A stretch of 63,727 bases of DNA, the filler included, from Octopus bimaculoides (lineage: Eukaryota): assembly GCF_001194135.2 (NCBI RefSeq). It is 6 parts of 5 records of this genome, joined end to end, with 100 filler letters (N's around TTAATTAATTAA, not from the genome) between each part and the next. Parts side by side here need not be neighbours in the genome. Positions count along the whole stretch, not along the records: positions 17,653 to 48,174 come from NC_068986.1; 5 more parts are not named here. One strand, given 5' to 3'. The first letter of the stretch is position 1, and each line of letters starts with the position of its first letter. Of this stretch, positions 27,230 through 41,950 are shown in pieces. The position numbers were made by a program, and so were the translations under genes. Below the pieces are notes generated by a model, which was given only the letters and a program-made list of their open reading frames with translations, had not been told where the DNA came from and ran no database searches.

Positions 27230-27690
27230 GGTAACATACATTTGGAGATAGTACACGTCAAATAACACAATATGATATTGTATTCACACTGTATTATGAA
27301 GAGGCTGATAAAATCTCTTATGTAACTGACACAATTGCTTCTGCAGCAATGTGATTACAATTTAGTCTGTACCACTTCTTTGTATTGTGAAAAAACCTGG
27401 CTACTTAATACAGATCAAGATAAGTAACTTCAAGTATTTACATTGAATAATTAAATATCATTGAGGGATATGATTCCCCTCAGTGTTATACTAGAGGAGG
27501 TTGCTAGGTATGGAACAAATGCATCAAGAAAAAATATATATATTTTGAACAGGTGTTAATAATTGGAAATTATTGAAAAGCTTGCGCAAGTATGCGTTTT
27601 ACTGACAAACTATTGGTTCAATTGGGTTTTGATCCTAGCTATATGAGTGATAAATGGAAAAAAATCTGTAAAACAGTGACAGAGCGTTTA
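27230..27690 (+). mobile_element. Old RTE-like LINE C-terminal remnant
   Basis: LYCEKTWLLNTDQDK*LQVF resembles LYGCETW.L....KL..F; RFTDKLLVQLGF....DKWKK resembles RW.D....LG....DR..W. Heavily decayed. Confidence 0.5.
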
Positions 27691-30486
27691 CTTCTATTCA
27701 GGAACACTTTTATAAATCTCTAAGACAAACGAGCAACATAGGAAAGTAATGATGTTGTTTCAAATGATGAATAAGAAAAAAAGTTCTCACATTGAATAAA
27801 TGCAGTAGTTTTTAAATGAAAAAAAAAGGAAAATATAGAATGAAAAGATTCTAAGACCACGAAATCAAGGATAGCAACGCAGTTGAAACACTTTTCATCC
27901 TGTGTCATTTTAGACGAGGCTGACCTAGGACTGAAAGATAACCCCAGCAAAAATAATCAGCAATATAAAATAAAACTGAAATTTTGCATCTTTCCGGGAT
28001 TAATATACACTAAAACATCAGACAGATTTTGAAAGGAAATATAAATATTTTTACAATATTATGTACGTGATTTCGACATAGAAGCGATGACCATTTCTTC
28101 CAAATTTATCACTGCATTATTCAGTAAAATATAGTGGCTTTTAATACGTACGTAGTTATTTATATTTTTATAATTCTTCATGTAGCAATAACATTCAGAC
28201 TGTCACATCCATAACAGTTCTCTTATTATCTAGTTAAGTTTCTAGACATTTTCGTTTTGTTTTCCCAGTTTTATAAACTAAAAATTTCTTTCTTTTTCTG
28301 CTATAAATTATATTAGATTTTGTGAGACGTACAAAGACAACAGGCACATAAGCATACATAGTGGCCCTCACAACTTTGTCCATTTTCTGACATCACGTTA
28401 ATAAACGTTAATAATAATAATAAGAATATATGTATATATATATATATATATATNNNNNNNNNNNNNNNNNNNNNNNNNNNNNNNNNNNNNNNNNNNNNNN
28501 NNNNNNNNNNNNNNNNNNNNNNNNNNNNNNNNNNNNNNNNNNNNNNNNNNNNNNNNNNNNNNNNNNNNNNNNNNNNNNNNNNNNNNNNNNNNNNNNNNNN
28601 NNNNNNNNNNNNNNNNNNNNNNNNNNNNNNNNNNNNNNNNNNNNNNNNNNNNNNNNNNNNNNNNNNNNNNNNNNNNNNNNNNNNNNNNNNNNNNNNNNNN
28701 NNNNNNNNNNNNNNNNNNNNNNNNNNNNNNNNNNNNNNNNNNNNNNNNNNNNNNNNNNNNNNNNNNNNNNNNNNNNNNNNNNNNNNNNNNNNNNNNNNNN
28801 NNNNNNNNNNNNNNNNNNNNNNNNNNNNNNNNNNNNNNNNNNNNNNNNNNNNNNNNNNNNNNNNNNNNNNNNNNNNNNNNNNNNNNNNNNNNNNNNNNNN
28901 NNNNNNNNNNNNNNNNNNNNNNNNNNNNNNNNNNNNNNNNNNNNNNNNNNNNNNNNNNNNNNNNNNNNNNNNNNNNNNNNNNNNNNNNNNNNNNNNNNNN
29001 NNNNNNNNNNNNNNNNNNNNNNNNNNNNNNNNNNNNNNNNNNNNNNNNNNNNNNNNNNNNNNNNNNNNNNNNNNNNNNNNNNNNNNNNNNNNNNNNNNNN
29101 NNNNNNNNNNNNNNNNNNNNNNNNNNNNNNNNNNNNNNNNNNNNNNNNNNNNNNNNNNNNNNNNNNNNNNNNNNNNNNNNNNNNNNNNNNNNNNNNNNNN
29201 NNNNNNNNNNNNNNNNNNNNNNNNNNNNNNNNNNNNNNNNNNNNNNNNNNNNNNNNNNNNNNNNNNNNNNNNNNNNNNNNNNNNNNNNNNNNNNNNNNNN
29301 NNNNTATATATATATATATGAATGTGTGTGTATGTGTGTGTGTTTGTGTGTCCGTGCGTGTGCCTACCTATAACTTTATCAACGACCAATAAACAAGAAC
29401 ACGTAAAGAAATCGAGAAATGAAGCAGAAAACAGAAAGAAACAGAAAATCAATAATGGCAGGGAAGATGAAGGAACTACCAACAAGTAAAGAACTATTCT
29501 ATTAAGATTTTGACTTATATTAACAATTAATCTACATTCAAACCGGAAATAGGAAAAAAAAAGTTAGAAGCCTAAATAGTGGTAATTGAAGTGTTTATGT
29601 GTGTATTTATTTAGTTATGTTCTTATTTATTCTTTTTTTTTATATCATGTTATTTAAAAAGATGCGAAAATAGTCAGTTATTGGGTTATAACGTTTCGTA
29701 ATATATATTCATACTGATATAAACGAGATGTGTTCATATATTTCGTGTTGATACATATGTGCGTGTACTGTGTGTGNNNNNNNNNNTATATATATGGTAT
29801 ATATTCCTGTGTGCGTATATATGGTAGCGTTCGCTAATTCCGTTTCCTTCAATCTCATGCTGATTACGCGATCATAATTTGGTAAATGTCTTGGAAATAT
29901 AGTAAAAAGAATATCTTTCAGTTTTGGATAATTGTGTGTGTATTTTATAATTATTGCTTGTCTGCTGTTTCAAGAACTGTACATTTAGTTCCTTATATGT
30001 TAATTGGAACTCATTTTCGCAATATTGTTGTTCAGATAATATTTACTCTTCTGCCGGCATTTGTCACTATGTTCTGTTCTTTGGTTTATAAAGACTACAT
30101 GCTTGTTTATCATATTAATTTGTTAGTTCATGTAAACATGGCGTTCTACAATTTATATGTAGCTTACGTAGCACATACGCTTCATATATTCTGACTGGAA
30201 TGACCCTTAAAGTTTGTGTGTATGTCTTGATTATGCTTTGATTTTCCTCATAATTCAGTGAGCTTACATGCTTATATTCCGATTTAACTTTTTTTTCAAA
30301 AACTGTTTTATTTCATGTATAATCTGAGTTATTGATCATTTGCTCTCCTCAATTTTGCATACACATTCGGGATAGATGGATCTGACAATTTCAATTATAA
30401 ATACTGTGCATACATCATGCATGTATCTGCATTTAATTGCTATTAGCTTTAGTAAGACACCTTTTCTTATTTGCTCTTGAGTGTCT

Positions 30487-30663
30487 AGGCGGTAATCTGG
30501 CAGAAACGTTAGAACGCTGGGCGAAATGCTTAGCGGTATTTCGCCTTTCGCTACGTTCTGAGATCAAATTCCGCCAAGGTCGACTTTGCGTTTCATTCTT
30601 TCGGGCTCGAAAGAATAAGTACCTGTTGAACACTAGTATCGATGTAATCGACTTATCCTCACC
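30487..30663 (+). mobile_element. SINE family A
   Basis: GGCGGTAATCTGGCAGAAACGTTAG...GGCGAAATGCTTAGCGGTATTTCG...GTCGACTTTGC. Confidence 0.88.
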
Positions 30664-31366
30664 ATGTGTTTTCCTATTAAATTCAAACAACATTAAATCA
30701 TATATTGTTGATAAAATTTGGGTTAAAATATATGATAGATGATGTTTGTGCGTTGCACGTCCGAAATAAAATGATGAAAGTGACATTTATATTAAACAAA
30801 ATCATTTTTAATGAATTATTTTACCTAATGATAGATGTGCGCAAATAGTTGAAATCTGAAGATATATCATATGTCGTCTTCTGCATATATTGTTAAAAAA
30901 AATTTTCAACATCATTTGGGTGATACATTTATAAAAGATGTTTATATGCATCAAAATCTAAGATCATTTCCTATAGGTGTGTGTGTGTTTGTGTGTGCGT
31001 ATTTTTGTGTGTGTATATTTGTAGGTATGTGCATTNNNNNNNNNNNNNNNNNNNNNNNNNNNNNNNNNNNNNNNNNNNNNNNNNNNNNNNNNNNNNNNNN
31101 NNNNNNNNNNNNNNNNNNNNNNNNNNNNNNNNNNNNNNNNNNNNNNNNNNNNNNNNNNNNNNNNNNNNNNNNNNNNNNNNNNNNNNNNNNNNNNNNNNNN
31201 NNNNNNNNNNNNNNNNNNNNNNNNNNNNNNNNNNNNNNNNNNNNNNNNNNNNNNNNNNNNNNNNNNNNNNNNNNNNNNNNNNNNNNNNNNNNNNNNNNNN
31301 NNNNNNNNNNNNNNNNNNNNNNNNNNNNNNNNNNNNNNNNNNNNNNNNNNNNNNNNNNNNNNNNNN

Positions 31367-31403
<37 letters not shown>

Positions 31404-31631
31404 TATATACATATATATACATGCAGAAAGACACACGCACGCCCACACTGACACACACATAGATAGAGAGATAGAGCGACAGATAGATACTTACATGCAA
31501 ATATACATACAAACATTGAAGTTCACTCAGATATATTATACTGGTGTGCACACACACAGAAACATACATATGTGTGTGTGTGTGTGTGTGTGTATGTGTG
31601 TGTGCGTGTGTGTGTGTTTACTGCCTTGTTC

Positions 31632-31902
31632 AGGTGCGTAGCTAAGTGCTCAGTGCATTTGGCCCATGAAAGTTAGGTTGTGAGGTCGATTCACGGCGGG
31701 CGTCCTGTTCTTGAGCAAGACAATTTATTTCATGTCGCTCCAGGCCACTTAACTCACAAATATGCGTTGTACCCGTATTTCATATGGTGGGCTTTGTCTC
31801 ATTCTGTACCCAGCTGAATTTCCCTGAGAACTACGTTAAGGATACACAATGTCCCCTTCAGTCCTCAGCCATCTGCACGTTTATTTCATGAGCAGGCTGC
31901 TC
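31632..31902 (+). mobile_element. SINE family D variant (CORE-like segment, different 3' tail)
   Basis: TTCTTGAGCAAGACAATTTATTTCATGTCGCTCCAG shared with the 4463 copy; degenerate tRNA head. Confidence 0.7.
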
Positions 31903-33919
31903 CAGACATATTTGAAACTTTAAGTCTGATGTGTAAAAGCGGGAGTCATTCGTTTTGCTGGAGGAACTCAAGATGTTGTTCTCTGCCAAAGGCAGAAACG
32001 TCCTTACTCATACATAAATCCTTAACCATTATACTGGCCCGGATTCAAGGTAAAATATTTTGTTCCGTCGAAGAAGAAGAGGTTTGTAGTGCATTTTCAA
32101 CATAATACTAAGCTTTAGAAAACAAAAGCAATCTCAGTAAATTAGTCCACAGTTACATTGCTGGAAGCACATAATTCACTAATTGCATTCAGAAAAATTT
32201 TGTTGTCATTAAAATACGAGATAAGCTTGAATTTAATGGCATGACGTGTTGTTTTCTCATTTAACCATTTCATTTTAAAACTATTAAAGATCCTGCGAAA
32301 ATTCGATGCAAAATCTACTTCGAAATTTTTGTTGGATAGATTTTACATTTATTAAGGGCTATCATAATTTTGAGTTTCTTTTTAACGTAAGGATTATTAC
32401 ACTGACTGACCTAGATTTCTGAGGTTGCATTATTACACTGCCATTGTGATAATCGCTTCTTCGATATCATTCAAGACTGAATTAATTGTATATACTGAAT
32501 GTCGTTTTAATTTAATTGTCACTTGTACAAACTCAACAATTTTTCTTAATCATGCGATCAATATTCATGTACAGAGATATTTCAGCAAGCAGGTTTAAGA
32601 CTATAGGTGTCGTACATTTTAAACACAAAAAAGAAAGAAAAGGCAAAAATTGCTACTTAGGGCGAATTTGAAATCAGAGTACACTGACGTGTAACAAATG
32701 CTTTGGGGAATACTATCGAAGTTAGAAGAACTGAACAACTACACAGACATACATATTCGACTGCCTCTTTCTTCAGCTATCCATGCATCCGAGTCTCTAC
32801 ATAACCGTGTGTGAGCGCCTACGTGTGTATCTGTGCGTATGTGCTTTTGAGTTCGTGTGTCTTGCGTTTATGCTTACATATCTATGAGAACGTATGTGCG
32901 CGTGATGATAGTGATTATACTGTAGAGTTTAATAATCTAGAGAGTGCTAACATCCAAGTAATAAGGATTAGAAAAGAAGATGCATCTGAATTAATAATTA
33001 AGCTTAGCAAATTAATTACTGTGCCAACGTTGAAATAGTATCTACTTCACTTCCCCAGATTGTAGGATGTTTCAATTCACATTATATTTGCGGTACATTA
33101 AAAATCCATTAACATAATGACACTCTCCGATCCATCATTAGACAAGTAAATACACAAACACCCAAGGTCGCCAAACAGTTCGATGCAATTTTAAAGCAAT
33201 ATACACTTGAGAAATAGAATAACTTTTATTAAACATTTTCATGAAATCTTTGAACATTACTATGCTGGCTATAGAAAGCATACTTCACAGAATAATAAAT
33301 AGGTTAATATTAGAACATTTCCTCAAATATGTCAAAGTGGGAAAATAAGATTCAGTAGTAACAGAAACACAGCTGAAGTTAACTTTTTGACACAGCTAAG
33401 CAATATATTATGTCCATTGAGGAATCGGCAATTAAGAAAAAAAAATGTATATTTGGCACGTTCAAAGAAGATCCGTAGCGTGAAAGAGGTTCCGAAAAAT
33501 CACTTAACTCCGAATTGTTATATATTGATCATCTCATATAAAATTCTCACTACATATAACATATATCCATTTTTATGGAGGAACATAGAGACGGCGAGCA
33601 GTGACCAAACAAATACACCGTTGCACACGTGCACGTAAAAGTACAAACGACGGTGTACACATCATCACACGCATACATACACGTGTACATATATATTTGT
33701 ATAGCTGAGCCAGTTTATCCGTCGTCTTCAATCAAATCTGTGAGATTTATTATTATTATTTTATTTTTTATTTTGCCCAGTAATATTTCAGCTATGAAAA
33801 CTTTTTTTAGGCATATTCGTGTCCCAGATAATTAGCTAAATAATATTTACAAATTATTCGATGCTTCCCAAAATATGTTTATCATACATTCATGTGTGTG
33901 TGCATGCATATACATACAT

Positions 33920-33966
<47 letters not shown>

Positions 33967-35309
33967 AGTGAGTGGATGAACGAGACAAGGGAACTCAACA
34001 CATTTATTGGGAGTTACATTAATTGATCAAAACAGTTTGATTNNNNNNNNNNNNNNNNNNNNNNNNNNNNNNNNNNNNNNNNNNNNNNNNNNNNNNNNNN
34101 NNNNNNNNNNNNNNNNNNNNNNNNNNNNNNNNNNNNNNNNNNNNNNNNNNNNNNNNNNNNNNNNNNNNNNNNNNNNNNNNNNNNNNNNNNNNNNNNNNNN
34201 NNNNNNNNNNNNNNNNNNNNNNNNNNNNNNNNNNNNNNNNNNNNNNNNNNNNNNNNNNNNNNNNNNNNNNNNNNNNNNNNNNNNNNNNNNNNNNNNNNNN
34301 NNNNNNNNNNNNNNNNNNNNNNNNNNNNNNNNNNNNNNNNNNNNNNNNNNNNNNNNNNNNNNNNNNNNNNNNNNNNNNNNNNNNNNNNNNNNNNNNNNNN
34401 NNNNNNNNNNNNNNNNNNNNNNNNNNNNNNNNNNNNNNNNNNNNNNNNNNNNNNNNNNNNNNNNNNNNNNNNNNNNNNNNNNNNNNNNNNNNNNNNNNNN
34501 NNNNNNNNNNNNNNNNNNNNNNNNNNNNNNNNNNNNNNNNNNNNNNNNNNNNNNNNNNNNNNNNNNNNNNNNNNNNNNNNNNNNNNNNNNNNNNNNNNNN
34601 NNNNNNNNNNNNNNNNNNNNNNNNNNNNNNNNNNNNNNNNNNNNNNNNNNNNNNNNNNNNNNNNNNNNNNNNNNNNNNNNNNNNNNNNNNNNNNNNNNNN
34701 NNNNNNNNNNNNNNNNNNNNNNNNNNNNNNNNNNNNNNNNNNNNNNNNNNNNNNNNNNNNNNNNNNNNNNNNNNNNNNNNNNNNNNNNNNNNNNNNNNNN
34801 NNNNNNNNNNNNNNNNNNNNNNNNNNNNNNNNNNNNNNNNNNNNNNNNNNNNNNNNNNNNNNNNNNNNNNNNNNNNNNNNNNNNNNNNNNNNNNNNNNNN
34901 NNNNNNNNNNNNNNNNNNNNNNNNNNNNNNNNNNNNNNNNNNNTATATATATATATATATATATATATATAGATAGATAGATAGATATATATATACATAC
35001 ATATGCGTACCTGTGAATAAGTAGACACACACGTGTAGATTAATAGATATTTGTTGTATATAGAAGATGGGTGCCGCTGATACATTAGCGTGTAAAACCG
35101 ATTATATCTCTTACGAAATACCAATGGCTATAAAGTGCATTCATAGATTCTATTATCAATGTTACCAAATCAGAATACATAATGTTGTCGAGGACAGCCT
35201 TCAGAAGGTCTATTTTCAAGGTATATCAGAATAAGGTGCCAACAATTTTTTCACGTAGAATCGCATGGATTTCAGTTTTTTTTTTTCTTTTTGTTAATAC
35301 AAATACATT

Positions 35310-35790
35310 TCATTAAATTAATATACTCTGTAATATAGTGATTGTATGCAAACTGATATGTAGCAAACGTAAAAATGAAAACAGACTCGAGATATGAACA
35401 CGATATAAGCATGAACTGTATTCATTTCTTAGTGACATTTTTAGTTTAAGGGAATTATTTATACTAAAATTCCTTTCATAGAAATTCAGTGATGTTATGA
35501 AAATGTCGGTACGTGTAAACACTGAATCACATCAAGCTATATGTATGATACCAATTCTTGAAGCTGATGAAATTGTAGGGACAATGATATCCGAAATCTA
35601 CTTAAGTGAAAATGACTTGCCAGTTCCTGGAAATTCCATACAATACCAAAACTGAAATTAAGTGATGGCTGGCAATCGAAATTTTATAGAGGTTTAAGGG
35701 AAAATAAATTTATTTGCATAAACACGTTTCTCTTCATCCCAAACGAAAGCGTTCCTTCCGGAGATTCGAAATTTGTCTTAAAATTAATGA
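35310..35790 (-). mobile_element. Possible Helitron PIF1-type helicase remnant
   Basis: Walker A-like FPGTGKSF (35613-35633), followed by IVPTISSASRIGI (cf. ASSGIAA) and SLN...S; upstream TLSFGMKR; in-frame stops. Confidence 0.42.
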
Positions 35791-36278
35791 AAAGTAGTAA
35801 CAATAAGCGAAATTCCAAATTAACACTTTCTTCCATTCGTAGCTGCTTCCTAACATAGCAACAGTGACGGAAGATGAGTTCATTTCAATGCTATACGGGA
35901 AACATATTTTGAATTACAAAGCGAGTACTATATGCACTTACATAACTACATCCTGAGTACCTATTTACATAAACCAAAAGGACATTATGTAAATTTTGTA
36001 AGATAGTTTTTGTCAGAGAACGATGCATGGAAAAGAGGTTTACATAAATTGCGACTTATACATGTTTTCAGTTTAGCTACGTGTTTTCCTATTAATTCTC
36101 CCTGTTTTGTCTCCCTGCTTTTCATATCTTACATGGTTTTCTGAATGACAATTCAATTACGCACATGTTCTGGAATCAAATTGCAGTTTTGATTTGTATC
36201 TTTTTCTTCAGATAAAAAGGCTTTCTCTATAATTCTACATTGTTTGTCTATCAATTATTTTATATTATTGTTGCTGCT

Positions 36279-36318
36279 ATTATTATTATTATCATTATTA
36301 TTATTATTATTATTATTA

Positions 36319-36373
<55 letters not shown>

Positions 36374-36380
36374 TATTATT
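36279..36380. repeat. (ATT)n microsatellite
   Basis: Direct inspection. Confidence 0.95.
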
Positions 36381-36537
36381 TACCATAGAGCATTTGAGCA
36401 TGGATGACGTATGGTGACTGCCTTAAGATATTTTCACTTGATCGGAATGAATTACATTGTAATTTTAGATATTTATTCCTTATAATATACATACATACAT
36501 GCGTGCATATCTGTCTAGCTATCTATCTATCTATCTT

Positions 36538-36586
<49 letters not shown>

Positions 36587-36748
36587 ATNNNNNNNNNNNN
36601 NNNNNNNNNNNNNNNNNNNNNNNNNNNNNNNNNNNNNNNNNNNNNNNNNNNNNNNNNNNNNNNNNNNNNNNNNNNNNNNNNNNNNNNNNNNNNNNNNNNN
36701 NNNNNNNNNNNNNNNNNNNNNNNNNNNNNNNNNNNNNNNNNNNNNNNN

Positions 36749-36789
<41 letters not shown>

Positions 36790-36819
36790 ATATATATATA
36801 TATATTTATACACACACAC

Positions 36820-36902
<83 letters not shown>

Positions 36903-37598
36903 CGTGTGTGTGTGTGTGTGTGTATAAATATAGATAGATATATAGATATATAGATAACTATACATATGTCTGGGGGTGTAATTTTATACATATATGCATA
37001 ATTTTACACACACACTCTCTGTCTCTCTCTCACACACACACACGTATGGACATATATGAAGCTATGTGTGCTTGTCTGTACGTATGTATGTATGACTATG
37101 ATCGTTTGATTATGCGTGTGTGAATCTAGATGAGAATGTACACGCGTGCGATTCTGTGTACAAACGAATAATATTTATAAACGTACAATTATCTACAGGA
37201 ATTTATCTTTCGCTAATCAGTCAACAGAAGTTAGATTTTTACTTGATTTTATGATTCGTTTTTACATACAATTTAATCATTTCCTCCGTCTTTATTCATA
37301 TATTCTTTGACAATAAATTACATGAATTTCAAAGTTACAAAATGTAAATTCTTACCGAAATAAATATAATGTAAGACCGCGCATTCAATATCAATTCTTA
37401 CCGCTTATAATGTCGTCTAAATAAATTCTTTGTATTCACACTCACACACAAAGACACACAAGCGCGCGCACGTACCCACATATATATATATATGCATACA
37501 CGCACAAACATATATATACACTCGCAGAAACACACCAATGCATATGTATCACTAATATACGTAGGAATATTTTTTATATATGCTTATATGTATATATG

Positions 37599-37647
<49 letters not shown>

Positions 37648-39761
37648 NNNNNNNNNNNNNNNNNNNNNNNNNNNNNNNNNNNNNNNNNNNNNNNNNNNNN
37701 NNNNNNNNNNNNNNNNNNNNNNNNNNNNNNNNNNNNNNNNNNNNNNNNNNNNNNNNNNNNNNNNNNNNNNNNNNNNNNNNNNNNNNNNNNNNNNNNNNNN
37801 NNNNNNNNNNNNNNNNNNNNNNNNNNNNNNNNNNNNNNNNNNNNNNNNNNNNNNNNNNNNNNNNNNNNNNNNNNNNNNNNNNNNNNNNNNNNNNNNNNNN
37901 NNNNNNNNNNNNNNNNNNNNNNNNNNNNNNNNNNNNNNNNNNNNNNNNNNNNNNNNNNNNNNNNNNNNNNNNNNNNNNNNNNNNNNNNNNNNNNNNNNNN
38001 NNNNNNNNNNNNNNNNNNNNNNNNNNNNNNNNNNNNNNNNNNNNNNNNNNNNNNNNNNNNNNNNNNNNNNNNNNNNNNNNNNNNNNNNNNNNNNNNNNNN
38101 NNNNNNNNNNNNNNNNNNNNNNNNNNNNNNNNNNNNNNNNNNNNNNNNNNNNNNNNNNNNNNNNNNNNNNNNNNNNNNNNNNNNNNNNNNNNNNNNNNNN
38201 NNNNNNNNNNNNNNNNNNNNNNNNNNNNNNNNNNNNNNNNNNNNNNNNNNNNNNNNNNNNNNNNNNNNNNNNNNNNNNNNNNNNNNNNNNNNNNNNNNNN
38301 NNNNNNNNNNNNNNNNNNNNNNTATATATATATATATATATATTTACATATACACTTATACCATACACACATATATGTATGTATGGTATAAGTGTATGTG
38401 TACATATGCTCGTGTGCGTATATATACGTGTATGTGATTCATATTTACGCTATTATCGATACAAGACATCATAGTGTCAATTTGAAGATTCTATTATACT
38501 GTTTATTCATTTCTTGAAATATTAAGACAATAAGGTTACCGAAGAATATTCTTAACATGAAATTTGATGTTTTTCATACTATTAAACTTTATAATTCATA
38601 TACAATTTCTTTCCTCTAATTTACATTTACCATTGTTTTAGATGGTTATCTGAAATAATCACTAGCCATACTAATTTTTATGCTCTTTATATTCAGCCAT
38701 TTCACAACGAAATTTCCCGCCTTCCTTGCTTTGTCTTTCTTTTCCCGCCTTCTCATTATTTCTATCTTCTAGTATTCATCTGTTGTACTCTTACGTACAT
38801 TTAATTAGCTTTCGATAATATTGCTTTTTCAAGTGAAAATTTAGTGTTACATTTCTGCCATTTTAACTCTTCATTACCATATTTCTTTCCGTGTTTTATT
38901 TATTGATGATTAGATTTCTACATTATAATACATTATTGTAACATAGAAAATATATTATATGTAGAATGAAGGAACATCCATTTTCCTTTAACAAAGACGC
39001 CAGAACGTTTCGTAATCGTAGACATCTATAAAAAATGGGTTTGCTTTGTAATATTAAACATTTGAATAACTATGTCGTTTCACGTACCAATACGTATGGC
39101 CTTATCACCAGTGTTTCCATACGTGTAAATCTTTAAATGTATTCTCAAATATTCTGCTTGCATAATTTTCATTATTGAAAGCAAATACATAATCGGATGA
39201 ATGTATTCCATATGTTATATTTCCTATTTCCACCATTTCAGGTAGAGGTTATTAACACGTTTGTGAGAATATTCATGTATACGTGTTGGTATATATGTGT
39301 GAATATCTATGTGGAACAGTTACATTTAACACGTTCGTGCACACGCATACATGAACAGATATCTGCGATAGAAAACGTCACGAGATAAAAATTATCCTCA
39401 TAAAAAGTCAGCGTGAAACAAATCACTGGTTTATGAATGACTTATATGGGACGTAGACATTTTGCGTTTTCTAGGTCGTTACCAATCATCATATACGAAC
39501 ACTGAGTATGCTGTTAATATCTTACCAGGATTCTGTCAGTTTCATAGACTTTTCATAAGAGGGTGACTACACATACTTGAAATATAAATCATCGTTGTAT
39601 TATGATCCTTTAGCTAATCAATACCATATTAATTTGGCATTCTTTGCAGATTGTTAGATGTAATTGATTAGTCCGTATAAGATATAGAAACCAAAACTTA
39701 CAAACACATACATATTATGTGACACACGCATACATAGGTTAATATTTTGTATGGATCACCC

Positions 39762-40135
39762 CAGAGGGCATTCTCTAAACGAATTAAGGGCATGACTGAT
39801 CTAGATTACTGGTACCGCCTTAAAGTTTTGAAACTCTACTCTCTCCAGCGCCGCCTCGAGCGGTACATCATTTGCACGATGTGGTGAATATACCACCAGC
39901 ATTGCCCAAATGACCAGAACATTAGCTTGAAGGTTCATCTAAGGCTAGGACCACGGGTCATACGTACCCTGTCCAATTCCGGATCGCTACATAAGGGTAC
40001 ACTGTGACACAATTTCTTTTCCTCAACAGGTGCTGCCTTATTTAACATTGTCCCAAAACTGATCAAAGAGGAAAAGGATCTCGTCAACTATAAAGAGAAT
40101 CGGGACAAAATTCTTCACAGGGATGTAACAACGGT
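39762..40135 (+). mobile_element. CR1-group LINE 3' ORF2 remnant
   Basis: QRAFSKRIKGMTDLDYWYRLKVLKLYSLQRRLERYII..MW* ... GAALFNIVPKLIK...YKENRDKIL; one frame with 2 stops. Confidence 0.85.
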
Positions 40136-40817
40136 TGAAGCAAATGTAGCTTACCTGCCAGGGACAATGGATGCAGTAGAAGAATAATTGCGCTTTTATG
40201 TCCACTATGCTTGAAAGAACTCTGAAGCAGTGATCAGGGATGGTTACTTTTCATTTTTCAGGTAATCACTGAGCTATTGCTAACACCAAATAACCTTAAA
40301 ATATGGGGCGAAAATGAGGAGCCATACTGCTAGCAGTGTCCAGCAACTCTTTATATATATGTATATTTATAAACCCAAACATATATATACGTATATANNN
40401 NNNNNNNNNNNNNNNNNNNNNNNNNNNNNNNNNNNNNNNNNNNNNNNNNNNNNNNNNNNNNNNNNNNNNNNNNNNNNNNNNNNNNNNNNNNNNNNNNNNN
40501 NNNNNNNNNNNNNNNNNNNNNNNNNNNNNNNNNNNNNNNNNNNNNNNNNNNNNNNNNNNNNNNNNNNNNNNNNNNNNNNNNNNNNNNNNNNNNNNNNNNN
40601 NNNNNNNNNNNNNNNNNNNNNNNNNNNNNNNNNNNNNNNNNNNNNNNNNNNNNNNNNNNNNNNNNNNNNNNNNNNNNNNNNNNNNNNNNNNNNNNNNNNN
40701 NNNNNNNNNNNNNNNNNNNNNNNNNNNNNNNNNNNNNNNNNNNNNNNNNNNNNNNNNNNNNNNNNNNNNNNNNNNNNNNNNNNNNNNNNNNNNNNNNNNN
40801 NNNNNNNNNNNNNNNNN

Positions 40818-40858
<41 letters not shown>

Positions 40859-41724
40859 CATACATACATGTATTTACTTACATATGAAGTGCTGTTTTCT
40901 AGATATACAATGTTGTAGAAAAGAATAACCTGTCTAAATCCGAAAAGAGCGCGACTAACCAGTAATATTATTATTGCATGGCATAAATATCATCTTCTCA
41001 GATTGATATTAATTTCTTCATCGCTGGTAAATATGCAATAGCCATAAAACGACAATATTTAGTGAAGTATGACCAATTACAGTTTTCATTAGGATGTTTT
41101 ATCCATGTGTATCTACCACAGAGTATCATTCTGTACATGCCTATGTCGATATCTACTTCTGCGCATGCGTACACACACATACATACACACACACATATAT
41201 ATATATGTGTATGTATTAATAGATATGCACATATACATATATAATACGCAGAGATAATAGGTTCAATATATGTACAGAGAGACAGAGAGTTAGTAGGCGG
41301 TGACTTGGCAAGTGTAACTGATATAGATAAATCTATTCATATATATAGCATATATATATTTTTTCTCGTCTGGCCGTAAAGCCTTTCCTGTTTGTTTTCC
41401 TGTCTTGTTTTTTGTCTGCCACTACATTCCTCCATGGCAAGATTTAATTTGCGTATACAAATTTAATCTGCGTTCCATGGGATGAGCCGTTTTAACGATG
41501 CGTCCTGCCCAAGCTCTTCGAAACGCCGGTGTTAAAACGTGGGTAGCTGATGAAGTAGAATGTTCTCTATGTGGCTTGTGTGTTTTCTCGTCTACGTTTT
41601 GTTTGCAATGTCCTGTACCCAGATATGCACCTATACATACAGGTGGATGTCGGTATGCACATACCTGTAGGTATATATGCATATACTCATTTACTATTTG
41701 TTATATATATATATATATATATAT

Positions 41725-41950
<226 letters not shown>

